The notes under the pieces are model-generated. The model was not told where the DNA came from. It ran no database searches and saw nothing but the letters and a program-made list of their open reading frames with translations. The position numbers and the translations under genes are program-made. From assembly GCF_009834535.1 (NCBI RefSeq), contig NC_045698.1, forward strand, positions 2,048,001-2,112,000: DNA of 64,000 nt, given 5' to 3'. This DNA comes from Camelus ferus. Its lineage: Eukaryota. Shown one piece after another: positions 62,380-64,000 of the stretch (the stretch's first letter is position 1; every line of letters starts with the position of its first letter).

Positions 62380-63400
62380 ATAGACTCCACATCAAATAGT
62401 GTATTCAATCTCGGAGGTCTGGACTGGGTGTGTGCTCAGGAAACAAAAATCATTTTCTTAATAAAAGATACTACTCAGTTTATTTTGAAAAAAAGTCTCC
62501 AACTTATAATGTATTTTAAATAGTTTTTTTTTTAATGAATTGGTCCATGCTTCAAAGTCTTTGGTGTTATAATAAACTCTCTCAAAAGACATCACAAATA
62601 CACATGAGATGCACATGTGCTTTGAAAGCTGTGTTTGAGGAAGACTTAACCCTTTTTCTGATTGAGATCATGGTTGCTGTTCCCTTTGTGTAAAATATGT
62701 CTAAGAATTCTACTTCTCCTACAAAAATAAATGATAAATTATTTATAGATACCAATTATTTATTATTATTTATGCAAAGCTTGTCACATTATGCATGCAT
62801 AAGAGGATTAAATCACCGTTAACCCACAATGCCTTTAGGGCCATCAGATGACAGGCAAAAGGTGGCATGTGGGTGTCGCATCAGCAAATATATGCCTTCG
62901 GAGCCGCCACAGTGTTTACGAACACGACTGCTCTGATGTACTTAATAGGAAGGGAAATACAGTATCAGAACTGTATCAACCAATGACGCTTATCTGCCTA
63001 ATTCTAAATTTGATTATCCTGGCACTAAATAGATAACTCATCCAAGGACATGCCATGTGCATTATAATGTAGACATAAAATGCCCACTAGTTTAAGCTTG
63101 AAACTAAAAGACACAGATGAGCTCAACTTAAAAAAAAAATGTGCTTTTCCCAAGGCAATGCTTTTGTCATATAATAACGACGTATTACAATCAAGAAACA
63201 GAGATACATCAGGAAAACGCCGAGATGCTGTGACTCGTCGGGGTGCTTCCTGATGGCGCTCTGAATTTCAAGGCAAATCCAGGGAAGGTATTTTTTTTTC
63301 CAAAATACTAATGCATATAAATGAAATTATTAGCAACATTCATTTTTAATGGGAAAGCTAATGGAGGGCTTGCAAAATGATATCACGACCCTTTGATCGT
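62380..63400. promoter_or_regulatory. Candidate conserved non-coding element
   Basis: AT-rich, complex island without a recognisable repeat. It has TAAT/GGATTA cores, ATGCAAAG/ATGCATAA POU-like sites and a TGACAG site. Confidence 0.35.
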
Positions 63401-63900
63401 GTGCAGGAACGCTTTCCCGTTCCTCGGGCAAACATTATATCCAGTGTGATGATGCTAAAGAACCACCCATCTTTGCTATTGACACTTTGATGATGTGGGA
63501 GATTTTAGAGTTCTCCTGGAGGCCTGCGCCCGCATCTGCTGGGTCTGCTGTGCAGTTCGGGCTTGGACAGAGGCGGGCCCTGGAGCAGAGGGGGCGTTCT
63601 GGGGGGGAGGGCCACAAAAAGCAAAAACGACCACCTGTCTATTGAAATAGTTAGCTTACCTGTGGGGTGTTCTGGAGGGGCGAGTTATCTGATTATTTTT
63701 TCCTTGATCAGAATTGCCCCATCACTGAGTGCACATCTGTAGTTGTGTGATGTTTACTGCTCGCTGTGGTCCCGTTTCGAGTCACATTGACTTATTTTGT
63801 CCACATGGGTATCATGCAACTCCGTGATGTTACACAGCAGCATTCAAAATGCTGGAAGACGTGCTGCGTCAGCTCTTGTGCTGGACAGAACCAGCGGGCA

Positions 63901-63946
63901 TTCCCATTACGTCACAGCCCCACTTCCCATTATGTCACAGCCCCGC
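63901..63946. repeat. 23-bp tandem duplication (2 mismatches)
   Basis: ttcccattacgtcacagccccac / ttcccattatgtcacagccccgc. Confidence 0.9.
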
Positions 63947-64000
63947 TGTTTTCCAGCCACAGGAGTGACATCCTGCCATCCTGCCAAGACTCACGTAAAG

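Noticed and set aside
1..64000. A novel self-contained biological system (operon, defence island, new RNA array)
   Set aside because: The recognisable structure is accounted for by known mammalian repeats, simple repeats, compositional bias and probable enhancers. I saw no coding cluster or regular repeat-spacer architecture.

Overview
This is mammalian (eutherian) non-coding DNA, most likely from a camelid. That call rests on two tRNA-Ala-derived SINEs of vic-1 type and several short artiodactyl/camelid-type L1 3' ends. I found no credible protein-coding exon, rRNA, functional tRNA or CRISPR array; the ORF track looks like chance ORFs in GC-rich DNA. The window has three components. (1) AT-rich blocks of old antisense L1 at ~0.6-3.3 kb and ~53-54.8 kb. 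(2) A GC- and CpG-rich, subtelomere-like background carrying MLT1 and MLT2 LTRs, MER5, MIR and L2 relics, minisatellites, and a cryptic ~3 kb ERV-L gag-pro-pol relic at ~33.8-37.0 kb that is recognisable only in translation. (3) Several repeat-free AT-rich islands dense in homeodomain, TALE, SOX and POU motifs, which look like conserved non-coding enhancers of a developmental gene desert. The most interesting signals are strong local AT-to-GC erosion of transposon copies (a GC-biased gene conversion footprint), the hidden ERV-L, a MEIS/PBX motif cluster, and a recurring layout of CpG patch followed by AT-rich element. I see no evidence for a new self-contained genetic system. Repeat family names and protein similarities come from recalled consensus sequences and were not computed.
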